A program made the position numbers and the translations under genes. From a virus (Duplodnaviria > Caudoviricetes), in the IMG/VR virus record IMGVR_UViG_3300049140_000186, positions 1-64,000 of that record: a stretch of 64,000 nucleotides of DNA, one strand, 5' to 3'. How positions within the stretch are numbered: the first letter of the stretch is position 1; each line of letters begins with the position of its first letter. The notes below the pieces were generated by a model. The model saw only the letters and a program-made list of their open reading frames with translations, was not told where the DNA came from and did no database searches. Positions 8,701 through 19,100 of this stretch are shown here, piece by piece.

Positions 8701-9702
8701 ATGGCTGATGATACCATTGCGGCGGGCGCTACGGCGTCTGCTGGTGACACTGGCGCTGTCGATACCTCGGCTGCTGCCGTTGCCTCTCCTGCGGCCTCTG
8801 TAGCGGCTCCTGCTGCGGCGGCGGCTGCTGACCCGGCGAAGGCAACCGAAGCTGCTGCTGCGGCTCCTGCGGCGGTCGACAAGGGCAAGGAACCACCCGC
8901 TGCCGACGAAGACGGCCCGTGGGGCAAGGACTGGCGCGACAAGCTCGCCAAGGGCGACGCGAAGAAGCTGGCTATGCTCGGCCGGTTTGCCTCTCCCGAA
9001 GCTCTCCTGGCTGCTCAGGAAGAGGCTCAGCGCAAGATTTCCGAAGGGCTCAAGCCGAAGGGCAAGCCCGGCGACAAGGCGACCGCTGACGAATGGGCTG
9101 CCTACCGCAAAGAGCATGGCATTCCCGATGAAGTCGACGGCTATGTGAAGGCGATTCAACTGCCGGACAAGCGGGAGATAGGCGAAGAGGACAAGCCGAT
9201 TGTCGAAGCCTTCGCTGCTCGGGCTCTGGCTCGGGGCGTGGCTCCTGCCGACATGGCGCACATGGTCGACGAATACTATGCAATCCAGGAAGCGCAGATC
9301 GTGGCGCAAGAGGATGTGGACGCTGCTTACAAGCGCGAAAGCATGAAGGCGCTGCGGGAAGAGTACGGCGGCGACTTCGATGTCAACGTCGCGGCGATGC
9401 GGCCCTATTTCGACGGCTTCGATTCCGACTTGTTCGGGAAGCTGATGTCCGGCCGCATGGCTGACGGAACGAAAATCGGCAATGACCCTAACATTGTTCG
9501 CTTCTTCGTCAGCAAGTCGCTCGCCGAAAACCCGATGGCGACAGTTGTTCCCTCGGGTGGCGGCAATATCGAGACGCTCAACAGCGAAATCTCCAGCATG
9601 GAAAAGCGCATGCGCGATGACCGTGTGAACTGGGGAAGAGACTCGGCGGCGCAAGAGCGCTACCGCAAACTGATCACGGCCCGCGACAAGCTCAAGGCCT
9701 GA
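8701..9702 (+). CDS. Capsid scaffolding protein
   Basis: Ala-rich N-terminus, DWRDKLA..., located between portal and capsid genes. Confidence 0.75.
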   Translation: MADDTIAAGATASAGDTGAVDTSAAAVASPAASVAAPAAAAAADPAKATEAAAAAPAAVDKGKEPPAADEDGPWGKDWRDKLAKGDAKKLAMLGRFASPEALLAAQEEAQRKISEGLKPKGKPGDKATADEWAAYRKEHGIPDEVDGYVKAIQLPDKREIGEEDKPIVEAFAARALARGVAPADMAHMVDEYYAIQEAQIVAQEDVDAAYKRESMKALREEYGGDFDVNVAAMRPYFDGFDSDLFGKLMSGRMADGTKIGNDPNIVRFFVSKSLAENPMATVVPSGGGNIETLNSEISSMEKRMRDDRVNWGRDSAAQERYRKLITARDKLKA

Positions 9703-9706
9703 TACA

Positions 9707-9862
9707 TCGCCCGGCAAGACGGCCAACCCGCTTAGCGGCTCCGTCTTCAGGCGAACTCACCAAAAACAGCCCGTAACAGCGCCGAACGCTGGTCTAGCGG
9801 CTCCGGGGAAACCCGGACAACCCGCGACGCCTGCTTACGGACAACCTGCCAACGGCTCCCGA
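9707..9862 (+). ncRNA. Candidate structured cis-regulatory leader of the capsid gene
   Basis: Hairpins at 9707-9754, 9777-9791 and 9792-9828; repeated internal loop (A/C)CAAC opposite CU. Confidence 0.5.
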
Positions 9863-9887
9863 TCCCTCAACAAAAGGAATCTGGACC

Positions 9888-10730
9888 ATGGCCGACACGG
9901 CATTCCAGACACAGTACCGACAGGAATACATCGCTGGCTTCGAATCCGGCGAATCGCCTCTCCGCACGGCGGTTACGACCGAATTCGTGCGCAAGGGCAA
10001 TGAAGCCGTCTTTCTCGTCGCCGACAGCGGCGGTGCGGAAGCGGTAACGCGCGGCGCGAACGGCCTCATCACCGCTCGCTCTGACAACCTGAGCCAGACC
10101 ACGGCCACTCTCGTCGAATGGCACGATCTGGTCCGCAAGACCGACTTCAACGTGTTCGCCTCGCAGGGTGACCAGAAGCGCATCATGCAGGACACGTCCC
10201 TGAACGTGATGAACCGCAAGGTCGATGATGACATCATCACCGAACTGGCAACCGGCACGGTCGACACTGGCGCAGCGGCAACGGGTTCTCTGACCCTCGT
10301 CACCAAGGCTATCGGCATCCTCGGCCTCGCCAAGGTGCCGATTCAGCAGATCGACAACATGTGGGGGCTCATCACTCCCGCCATGCTTGCCTACCTGATG
10401 CGTGATGCGACGTTCTCGTCTCGCGATTACGTCGACATGCAGCCGCTGGCTGGCGGTCCCATCAAGCGCGTTCTGCGCTGGGCGGGCTGCAACTGGCTGA
10501 TGCACCCGGACCTTCCGGGCGTCGGAACCTCTGCTGAGAAGTGCTTCCTGTTCCATCGCGCGTCCATCGGGCATGCGGTCGACACGTCGAACCTCGAAAG
10601 CAAGGTCGGTTACGACGACGAACAGGGTTACTCCTGGGCTCGTACCTCGGCCTTCATGGGCGCGAAGCTGTTGCAGAACAGCGGCGTCGTTGTCGTCAAC
10701 CATGATGGCTCTGCCATCGTCGGCGCATAA
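9888..10730 (+). CDS. Major capsid protein
   Basis: 280 aa; FQTQYRQEYIAGFESGESPLRTAVT; position after scaffold; strong SD. Confidence 0.85.
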   Translation: MADTAFQTQYRQEYIAGFESGESPLRTAVTTEFVRKGNEAVFLVADSGGAEAVTRGANGLITARSDNLSQTTATLVEWHDLVRKTDFNVFASQGDQKRIMQDTSLNVMNRKVDDDIITELATGTVDTGAAATGSLTLVTKAIGILGLAKVPIQQIDNMWGLITPAMLAYLMRDATFSSRDYVDMQPLAGGPIKRVLRWAGCNWLMHPDLPGVGTSAEKCFLFHRASIGHAVDTSNLESKVGYDDEQGYSWARTSAFMGAKLLQNSGVVVVNHDGSAIVGA

Positions 10731-10743
10731 GGAGGGCTGACAC

Positions 10744-11001
10744 ATGGCCTATGAAACCACCAACCCGCCGAAGTGCGTTCTGTCCGGCTTCGGCGGTTCC
10801 GCTTCGATCTTCGTCTACACGGATGGGGATGCCCATACCGCTGTCGACGAGGCCGGCTACTTCACCAACGGCAAGCTCCTTGGCATGAAGGTCGGTGACA
10901 TCGTGTATGTCCAGAACACCACTGGGTACACGACCACGCTGCACTCTGTCAGCGTGGTGTCGGGTGACGCGGCCACCGTCTCGGCGGCTGTCCTGGCCTA
11001 G
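10744..11001 (+). CDS. Putative capsid decoration protein
   Basis: GYFTNGKLLGMKVGDIVYV, directly after the capsid gene. Confidence 0.6.
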   Translation: MAYETTNPPKCVLSGFGGSASIFVYTDGDAHTAVDEAGYFTNGKLLGMKVGDIVYVQNTTGYTTTLHSVSVVSGDAATVSAAVLA

Positions 11002-11012
11002 TTCCAGGGCTT

Positions 11013-11043
11013 GGCGGGGGCTGTAACAGGCTCCCGCCTTTTT
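11013..11043 (+). terminator. Rho-independent terminator
   Basis: GGCGGG...CCCGCC stem followed by TTTTT. Confidence 0.75.
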
Positions 11044-11072
11044 CATTCATCTGATCCGAAAAGGAAGCCGCT

Positions 11073-11444
11073 ATGGCAAACCAGAACATGACGGCGCTTG
11101 TGCTGGCTAATGCCACGGCAAGCGCGAACGGTGCCGATTTGGAGAACGTGTCCGGCAGGGCCGCGCATGTCGTGATCGACATCACTTCGATTACCGGCAC
11201 GGCTCCGACCGCGACCTTTACGGTGCAGGGCAAAGACCCGAAGTCGGGCAAATACTACACCATCCTGGCATCCGCCGCGCTCAACGCTGCCGCAACAACG
11301 GTTCTGCGCATTGGGCCTGCGCTGACGGCTGCCGCCAACCTCGTCGCAAACGATGTCATGCCGCGCGCCTTCCGCGTGATCTGCACCACGGGCGGCACAG
11401 TGACCGACCTTGATGCAACCGTTGGCGTCTCGCTCGTCGACTAA
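11073..11444 (+). CDS. Virion structural protein (beta-rich)
   Basis: Thr/Ala-rich 123 aa in the structural operon. Confidence 0.65.
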   Translation: MANQNMTALVLANATASANGADLENVSGRAAHVVIDITSITGTAPTATFTVQGKDPKSGKYYTILASAALNAAATTVLRIGPALTAAANLVANDVMPRAFRVICTTGGTVTDLDATVGVSLVD

Positions 11445-11467
11445 ACCCCAACCTGGAGAACAGCCCT

Positions 11468-11902
11468 ATGGCATTGAACGTCAACGGCCTTCGTGCGGCC
11501 GAAAGCAAGCGCGTCGTCTATCGCATCGACCTGGCGGCGGACGTGAAAGTCGAAGACCTGTTGCTGCCCGATTTTTGGGTGCACGTCTCCCGACAAATGC
11601 GCGTCGATGACCGCATTGAAGTCATGGCCTGTGAACGCAAGTGGTTCGCCGAACTGACGGTGCTGGAAGTTTCCAAAGCCGGCAACGGTGGCGCTCGGGT
11701 GGCCTATATCGTCGGGCCTGTGGCTCTGACGAACGCGGCCGAAGTCGAGAAGCCGGCGACGCATGAAATCCGCTGGGGCGGGCCGAAGGGTCAATGGCAG
11801 ATTATGCGCGTCTCTGACAAGGCGGTCGTTAAAGGCGGCATTGAGACAAAGGAAGCGGCATCGACCTGGCTGACCGGGTTTGCGCTGGAAAAGGCGGCCT
11901 GA
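11468..11902 (+). CDS. Hypothetical phage protein
   Basis: 144 aa with SD GGAGA. Confidence 0.7.
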   Translation: MALNVNGLRAAESKRVVYRIDLAADVKVEDLLLPDFWVHVSRQMRVDDRIEVMACERKWFAELTVLEVSKAGNGGARVAYIVGPVALTNAAEVEKPATHEIRWGGPKGQWQIMRVSDKAVVKGGIETKEAASTWLTGFALEKAA

Positions 11903-11905
11903 CCG

Positions 11906-12529
11906 ATGGCCGATCGCCTTTCCCTCTATAACGGCGCGCTGATCAAGCTCGGGCAGCCGCGTCTTTCGGCCCTGACGGATGAGGGCAAGGGGCGGCGTGC
12001 GCTCGATGCCTGCTACGACAAGGTAGTCAAGCGCTGCCTGGAAGGCGGCTTCTGGAACTTCGCGCTGCGCTTCGTCCAGTTCACGTCTGACCCGTCTTAC
12101 AATTCGGAATGGGGCTATCAGAAGATTTTCGCGAAGCCGGATGACTGGCTGCGGACTGCCGGCGTCACCTATGACGGGCACGGGCGTTCGCCGCTGCTCG
12201 ACTATGACGACAGGCAAGACTTCTGGCTGGCGGATGTCGACCCGATCTATGTCCGGTACGTCTCCAACGATGTCGATTATGGGCTTGATCTAGGCCGCTG
12301 GCCTGAGAACTACACCACCTTTGTCGAATACGACCTGGCGCACGAAACCTGCGAGGAAATCACCGGCTCGGCTGAAAAGAAAAAGAACCTTGAAAAGGAC
12401 CGGGAGACGGCCGGCAAGAAAGCATCGAACACGGATGCCATGAATGAGCCGGTGACGCGTTTTGCGCCTCCTGGCAGGCTTGTGCAAAGCCGTGGTAGCT
12501 GGTCGCGCGGGTCGAGCGGCGCTCGATGA
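11906..12529 (+). CDS. Tail tubular protein A (T7 gp11-like adaptor)
   Basis: YNGALIKLGQ..., WNFAL, FAKPDDWLR. Confidence 0.8.
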   Translation: MADRLSLYNGALIKLGQPRLSALTDEGKGRRALDACYDKVVKRCLEGGFWNFALRFVQFTSDPSYNSEWGYQKIFAKPDDWLRTAGVTYDGHGRSPLLDYDDRQDFWLADVDPIYVRYVSNDVDYGLDLGRWPENYTTFVEYDLAHETCEEITGSAEKKKNLEKDRETAGKKASNTDAMNEPVTRFAPPGRLVQSRGSWSRGSSGAR

Positions 12530-15255
12530 AGACCAACGTTGCGCTTCTCGCGATGAACCGGGGGCTGGTGTCGTCAACTGCGCTCGCCCGCGTTGATGTC
12601 GATCGCATCCGGCTAAGCGCCGAAACGATGACGAATTGGCTGCCGAAGACGCAAGGGGCAATGTTTCTGCGTCCAGGCTTTGGATATATCGGCACGAACA
12701 AAAACAACGCTTTCGGCGTCGACATTCCGTTTGTCGCCGCGACCGATGACACGGCGCGGCTGGAACTCGCTGACGGCGTGATGCGGGTTTGGGTCGATGA
12801 CGAACTGGTGACGCGCGTTGCGGTCACCACGTCCATCAGCGCGCTAACCTCTTCGGCCAACTGGACCGATCAATCTACCAGTGGCGGAATCGTCTCGCAT
12901 GGCGGCTCGGGCCTAACGCTCAACGCGACCAATGTTGGCGGCGAAGCCAAGGTCCAGCAAACTGTCACCTGCTCGGGCTCGAATATCGGCAAGCGGCATG
13001 CAATCAACATCACCGTAACGCGTGGGCCGGTCACTTTCCGGGTTGGCTCCACCACGGGCGGCGATGAATACATCTCGGAAACGACGCTGCGCACGGGCTC
13101 GCATAGCTTGGCGCTGACGCCTACCGGGAATTTCTACGTCCAGTTCCAGACCGACAAGGACGTGAACCGGATCGTCGCAAGCTGTGCCATCGACGCGGCT
13201 GGCACGATGGAACTTTCCATCCCCTGGACCGCTGCCGATCTGCCTTTTGTCCGGTACTCACAATCCGCCGATGTGGTCTTCGTGGCCTGCGACGGTCATC
13301 AACAGCGTCGCATTGAGCGGCGGGCTGTCGATAGCTGGTCCGTGGTGCTCTACAAACCGGATACGGGGCCTTTTTTTGCGTCCAGGACTGCGGCGGTAAA
13401 GCTGAAAGTCGGCGCGACCAACGGCAACACGACGTTGACGGCGAACAAGCCGTTCTTCAAGTCGACGCATGTCGGGGCTCTCTTCCGCCTGTTCAACGAA
13501 AGCGTTTCCCAGACGTATTTTCTCGGCGCTGACGGTTCCTTTACGGAGCCGTTCCGGGTGACAGGTGTAATTGACGATTCTGGCGTAGCCGGCGGCTACA
13601 ATGACCGAGACTGGACCTATGAAATCAGCGGAACCTGGTCCGGCACGCTGAAATGGCAACGTTCTTTCGATGGAGAGGATACAGGCTATAAGGAATTCAG
13701 GTACAAGACTGGTGAGACGACGGTCGACATCGCCGCAAATCTCGCGTCCACCGGCAACGAGGACCACGACGACAACGCGGCCATCTATTACAAATTGGGT
13801 TTTGCCGAAGGAGACTATACGTCCGGCACCGCGACGGTCACGGTTGATTATGACGGCGGTGGCGGCTTTGGCGTCTGCCGGGTGGTTAGCTTCATTTCGT
13901 CAACGGTCGTCAATGTCGAGGTTCTGGATCGCTTCAACACTGCGGAATACACCGACAGTTGGCAGGAAGGCATCTGGTCCGATAGGCAGGGCTGGCCCTC
14001 GGCTGTAACGCTTCACAAGGGCCGGCTCTGGTGGCTGGGGAAAAGCCGCTTCATCGGGTCTATTTCCGACGATTACGAGAACTTTGACCCGGACTTTGAA
14101 GGCGACGGCGGCCCGATCAACAGGACGCTCGGGGCCGGGCCGGTCGATACAATCAACTTCTCCCTCTCGCTCGGCCGCCTGATCGTTGGCACGTCGGGTT
14201 CGGAATACTCGATCAAGTCCACGTCCTTCGATGAACCGCTGACGCCACAGAATGCACAAGCCGGCGACCCGTCAACGCAAGGGTCACGGCAGGGCTGCGA
14301 CGCGGCAAAGGTCGATAATCGCGGCATCTTTGCTCAACGCTCCGGGAAGCGCCTGTTTGAACTGATCTTCGACCCGGACACATACGAATATGCGCCGCGT
14401 GACCTGACGCTGCTCTGTCCGGACCTGACCGGCTCGGCCAAAGTCGTCGGCATGGCGGTCCAGCGGCAACCCGACACGCGCATTCACGTCTGGCTCGATG
14501 ACGGCTCGGCCGTGCTGCTGACCTATGAACCGGCCGAAGAAGTGACTTGCTGGTCGCGTATCGCTCCCGGTGGCTCGGGCTTTGTCGAGCGGGTCACGGT
14601 CCTTCCGGGCGAAGATGAAGACCTGATCTATTACAAAGTGCGCCGTACCGTTAACTCGGCGACAGTGCGCTATACCGAAAAGATGGCGCTGGAATCTGAA
14701 TGCGTCGGCGGCACGATGAACAAGCAGGCTGACAGCTTCGTCATTGTCTCGGCCGTCACGGGAACAACCGTGTCGGGCCTTTCGCATCTGCGGGGGCATT
14801 CGGTCGTGACCTGGGGCGGCGGTGCCTATCTCGGAACCTATACGGTCTCGGCGGGCGGAACCATCACGCTTTCGGCCGCCGTCACGGCAACCGATGTGTT
14901 GGTGGGCCTCGGATATGACGCGCTCTACAAGTCAACCAAGCTGGCCTATGCGGCGGCGGCGGGAACGGCTCTCAACCAATTGAAGCGGGTCAACTATCTC
15001 GGCTGCATCCTACGCAACACGCATAATGACGGGCTCTATTTCGGGCGGGACTTCGACAACATGGACCCGCTGCCGCGTCTGATCGACGGGCGGCCGGTCA
15101 CTACGACCGAAGTCTTTGCCGAATTCGACAAGCCGGCATTCCTCTTCCCTGGCGAATGGGACACTGACAGCCGGCTTTACCTCAAGGCCTCTGCTCCGAA
15201 GCCGTGCGAAATCATGGCTGCGGTCCTGTCTGTGGAAGCGCATGACAAAGTCTAA
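12526..15255 (+). CDS. Tail tubular protein B (T7 gp12-like nozzle)
   Basis: 909 aa; QGAMFLRPG, YSQSADVVF, GWPSAVTLHKGRLW. Confidence 0.82.
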   Translation: MKTNVALLAMNRGLVSSTALARVDVDRIRLSAETMTNWLPKTQGAMFLRPGFGYIGTNKNNAFGVDIPFVAATDDTARLELADGVMRVWVDDELVTRVAVTTSISALTSSANWTDQSTSGGIVSHGGSGLTLNATNVGGEAKVQQTVTCSGSNIGKRHAINITVTRGPVTFRVGSTTGGDEYISETTLRTGSHSLALTPTGNFYVQFQTDKDVNRIVASCAIDAAGTMELSIPWTAADLPFVRYSQSADVVFVACDGHQQRRIERRAVDSWSVVLYKPDTGPFFASRTAAVKLKVGATNGNTTLTANKPFFKSTHVGALFRLFNESVSQTYFLGADGSFTEPFRVTGVIDDSGVAGGYNDRDWTYEISGTWSGTLKWQRSFDGEDTGYKEFRYKTGETTVDIAANLASTGNEDHDDNAAIYYKLGFAEGDYTSGTATVTVDYDGGGGFGVCRVVSFISSTVVNVEVLDRFNTAEYTDSWQEGIWSDRQGWPSAVTLHKGRLWWLGKSRFIGSISDDYENFDPDFEGDGGPINRTLGAGPVDTINFSLSLGRLIVGTSGSEYSIKSTSFDEPLTPQNAQAGDPSTQGSRQGCDAAKVDNRGIFAQRSGKRLFELIFDPDTYEYAPRDLTLLCPDLTGSAKVVGMAVQRQPDTRIHVWLDDGSAVLLTYEPAEEVTCWSRIAPGGSGFVERVTVLPGEDEDLIYYKVRRTVNSATVRYTEKMALESECVGGTMNKQADSFVIVSAVTGTTVSGLSHLRGHSVVTWGGGAYLGTYTVSAGGTITLSAAVTATDVLVGLGYDALYKSTKLAYAAAAGTALNQLKRVNYLGCILRNTHNDGLYFGRDFDNMDPLPRLIDGRPVTTTEVFAEFDKPAFLFPGEWDTDSRLYLKASAPKPCEIMAAVLSVEAHDKV

Positions 15256-15604
15256 GCCCGAAGTCGTGCCGCTCAAGCATGAGCATCTGGAACGGTTCTA
15301 TGGCGCAAGCGGGCGGCATCCGACCGTCAAGGGCATTGCTGCCTTCGTCGATGGCGAACTGATCGCGGTTGCGGGTTTCCGATACATGCAGGGGAGCGTC
15401 ATTGCCTTCTGCGACCTGACGGACAAGGCGCGGCCCTACAAGGTCCAGATGCACAAGTATGCGCTCCTGCTGATGAACGAAGCCAAGACGCGCCACAAGC
15501 GGATCGTGGCGATTTGCGACGAAGACGAACCGACCTCGGCGCGGTGGCTCGCGCGGCTCGGTTTCAAGCCTGGCGAAGGAAGGTTGTGGGTATGGCGGAC
15601 TTAG
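15242..15604 (+). CDS. GNAT-like / T7 gp13-like protein
   Basis: C-terminal SARWLARLGF; position after the nozzle gene. Confidence 0.6.
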   Translation: MTKSKPEVVPLKHEHLERFYGASGRHPTVKGIAAFVDGELIAVAGFRYMQGSVIAFCDLTDKARPYKVQMHKYALLLMNEAKTRHKRIVAICDEDEPTSARWLARLGFKPGEGRLWVWRT

Positions 15605-16104
15605 GACTAACAACGCTCCTGTCCCTCGGCGCGACTTTGATTGGCGGTGGCGTCACGGCTGCCGGCACAATTGCGGCCGGCAATGCGCAGGAATCGGCCG
15701 CTGAGTTTCAGGCTAAGCAGCTTGAACAGCAGGGCAGGGAAGAGCGCGCGGCATCCCAGCGTGAAGCCCAACGCGTCCGCAAAGAGCGCGATTTCATTCT
15801 CTCCCGGCAACAGACGGTAGCGTCGGCGTCCAACCTCGGCGCTCTCGATGAAACCGTCCTCGATCTGGCCGGCGATGTCTCGGAAGAGGCGGCGTTGCAG
15901 GAAGGCTTGATCCGCTACGGCGGCGAAGAGCGTGCGAAGGGCAGGACCGCACAGGCTGCGGCTTCCCGCATGGAAGGCAAGGCGGCAAAGACCGGTTCAC
16001 GGTTTAGCGCGGCCGGCACAATCATGGGCTCCATCGGCTCTTTCGGCAGCGAGTGGGCGCGGGCAAATAACAGTCAGCCGCCGTACCAGTCGAGGTACGC
16101 ATAA
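15592..16104 (+). CDS. Internal virion (ejection) protein, gp14-like
   Basis: Gly/Ala-rich hydrophobic N-terminus, QQTVASASNLG, Ala/Gln-rich coil. Confidence 0.7.
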   Translation: MADLGLTTLLSLGATLIGGGVTAAGTIAAGNAQESAAEFQAKQLEQQGREERAASQREAQRVRKERDFILSRQQTVASASNLGALDETVLDLAGDVSEEAALQEGLIRYGGEERAKGRTAQAAASRMEGKAAKTGSRFSAAGTIMGSIGSFGSEWARANNSQPPYQSRYA

Positions 16105-19100
16105 ATGGCGCTGAAACTTCCTGGCGCGGAAGACCTCGGCGGGCGTCCAAGCGCCCGGGCTGGGCGTCCTATTGCCTCCTATGACACGTCGGCAATCGGG
16201 CGTGGTGCTGCGCAACTCGGCTCGGGCATCATGTCGATGGCTGCCGATCTGCGGCAGATGGACGTGAACAAAAAGGCCAAGGTCGACCAGGCAACGGCAT
16301 TCGCAACGAAACGCCGTGCGATGGAGTTCGCGGCGACGCAGGAAAAGGCGTTGGTCGAGGCCGGACAGGCGGCGGAACCTGGTGCCTTCGGCTTCAAGGA
16401 AACCTATCAGCAAAGCTACATCGACGCGGCCAAGGAATTTTATCAGTCGGTGCCGGAAGACCTCAAGCCGCAATACGATGTCGAACTCTTCGACATTGAA
16501 AACAAACTGGCGACGCAGGCGCAGACATTCGAAAAGGCGCAGCGGTCGAGCTACTACAAGGCCGAAGTCGACACGGGGCTAACCCGGATCGAAAGCGACC
16601 TGTACGCAAACCCGGACAGTTTCGAAGAATCCGTCTGGAAGGGTGAGCAGTTCATTGACGCGCTGCCTGATGAAGACATTGGCCCTATCGAAAAGGAGGC
16701 CATGCGCCGGGGCTGGAAGGCCAAGGCGCAGTTGGCGGCGCTGTCCGGCATGAAGCCGGCCGAACGTCTCAGGGCGCTTGGCGAGGCTCCTGGCGGCGAT
16801 GACATCATCAATGCGATGATAGGCGTGGAAAGCGGCGGCGACCCGTCTGCTGAGTCTCCTGTGGGCGCTCTCGGCCTGATGCAAGTCATGCCGGGGACTG
16901 CGGCCGAAATCGCGGCGGAAATCGGGGACAGTGGCTTTCCTCGCTCGCCGGAAGCACAAGAGGCCTATCTGAAAGACCCGGACGTTTCAGTCAAATACGG
17001 CTCCTTCTATTATCAGAAGATGCTTGCCCGCTATGACGGCGATGTCGAGGCGGCGCTTGTGGCCTACAATGGCGGACCCGCTCGGGCTGATGCCTGGCTG
17101 CGGTCGGGGCGCAACGATAGCGTCATCCCGCAAGAGTCCGCCGACTATTACAAAAAGGTCATGGGCCGCGCTGGTAAGCAGGCCTCGGGCGAAGCTGACG
17201 GCAACGCGAATGCCTTCCTGAAAACCCGCCTTGTCGGGCATGGTGACGACCATATCGACGGCATGCGGCCTGAGATGCAAACCCGCCTGGCCGCGATGTT
17301 CAATTCCGCGCCTCCCGGCATTCGCGAAAAACTCGGCATCTTCTCGGGCGCTCGCTCGGTTGACCGGCAGGCCGAACTATGGGCGGCGGCGCTCAAGAAA
17401 TACGGCTCGCCGGAAGCGGCACGCAAATGGGTAGCACCTCCCGGCAAGTCAGCGCACAACCACGGCTCCGCCGCCGACCTGTCCTATGATGGCAAGTCGC
17501 TGGCGCATGCGCCGAAGGAAGTTGTCGCGTGGGTCCATGCCAACGCTGGGAAGCACGGCCTCAAGTTCCCGCTCGGGAATGAGAACTGGCATGTCGAATT
17601 GGAAGAAACTCGGGGCGGCAAGGGCTATCGAGTGGATCCCCGATTTGCCGACATCGATTATGCGTCGCGCGAAGTCATCGCCGCCAAGGCGCAAAAGGAA
17701 GCCGACGACATCGCGGCAACGACCGCGCTGGAAAGCAAGGCGGCTTACCTGGCGCATGACCAGCGCGTCGGGCTCGATATCGAATTAGGCAACATCGCTA
17801 CCGAAAACCAACTGCTGGATGACCCGCTGCTAGACGATGGCGACCTGACGAAACACATCAAGGCCTATCGTGCGAAGACCAAGGAAGAGGCCGACGTGAA
17901 GGAACTCGTCGCGGCTATCGTGGTCGGCGACAGGGCTGCCGGCGCGGTGAACGGCTTCGATGTCGACGAACGCAAGAAAGGCGACAAGGCTTATGAGGCT
18001 ATTCTGAAAGCTAGCGGCCCGGAGAATGCCGAAGTAGTCACGCAAGCCTTCGTTGCCGGCACTGGCTATGTTCCGAAAGACGTTCAATCGGCGCTGCGCC
18101 AAGGTGCGCTGGCAAGCGACCCTGCCGTCTTCGCCTCGGCAATGTCTCGGGCTGACGCTCTGGAAGTTCTGGCGCCTATTTCCTTCGGCTCGTTCGAAGG
18201 CGGTTCGGACGTGCGTGAAAAGCTCGGCCTGTTCCGGCATTTCGTCAACGACAGGCAAATGTCGGGCGAAGCTGCGGCGGAACGCATAATCCGCATGAAA
18301 GACCCGGCGCAAAAGGTGAACCGCGAAATCCTGAAACCGGAAGCGGACAAGTTCGTCAAGACGCTGACGGTCGACCAGGTAACCGCGGAATTTGATCCCG
18401 GCATCTTCGGTGCGGAGCCGGGCGCGGGCGTGATGCCGGTGCAAGTGAACGGGCTCCTGGCCGAATACCGGGAGATTGCCGAAGAAAAGTTCTATGAGGC
18501 GGGCGGCGACACTGGTGCTGCAAAGGCGCTCGCGCTTACCGAACTCAAGACGCGCTGGAACGTCAGCAATGTTTCCGGCAAGCCGAACCTGATGCGGCTG
18601 CCGCCCGAAATCCACTATCCTGCCATCGACGGCGGGCACGAATACCTTCGAACCGATGCGCTCAAGACTGCCGAAAGCTACGTGGCCGACACGTTTCCGG
18701 GGCGCAAGGTCGAGAACGTCGCAATCGTGTCGGACAAGGCGACGCGGGCCGATATCGAAATGGGACGGCCTCCGCGCTATCGCCTCTTCTACCAGTATCA
18801 GGAAAACGGGCAGACACGCTTTGACGAAGTGTTCGAAGGCCTGTGGGGCATGGATGGCAAGGAACTGAAAACCCTTGGCTCCACGGCTCAAGAGAATGCA
18901 AGGAACCGCTTCCTGCAAACCCGAACGCGCAACGACACTGCCAATCAAGTCGAGCGTGACGCGGCAGTCGAGGCTGAACGCGCGCTAGACGAAACGGTCG
19001 GGCCGGACTGGATGAAGGCGAACGCTGCTGCCGCTGCGCGTGAGCGTGGCCGCATGGACGCTGACACGGTGCGCGCGGGCGTTCCTGTGGTGGAACCTGC

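Noticed and set aside
8701-8900. GCTGCG/GCGGCT tandem repeats
   Set aside because: Explained by the Ala-rich linker of the scaffold protein
6278-9726. Long minus-strand ORFs (6278-7294, 7331-8407, 8131-9726; likewise 23816-25159 and 58087-59382)
   Set aside because: Shadow frames of well-supported plus-strand virion genes in GC-rich DNA
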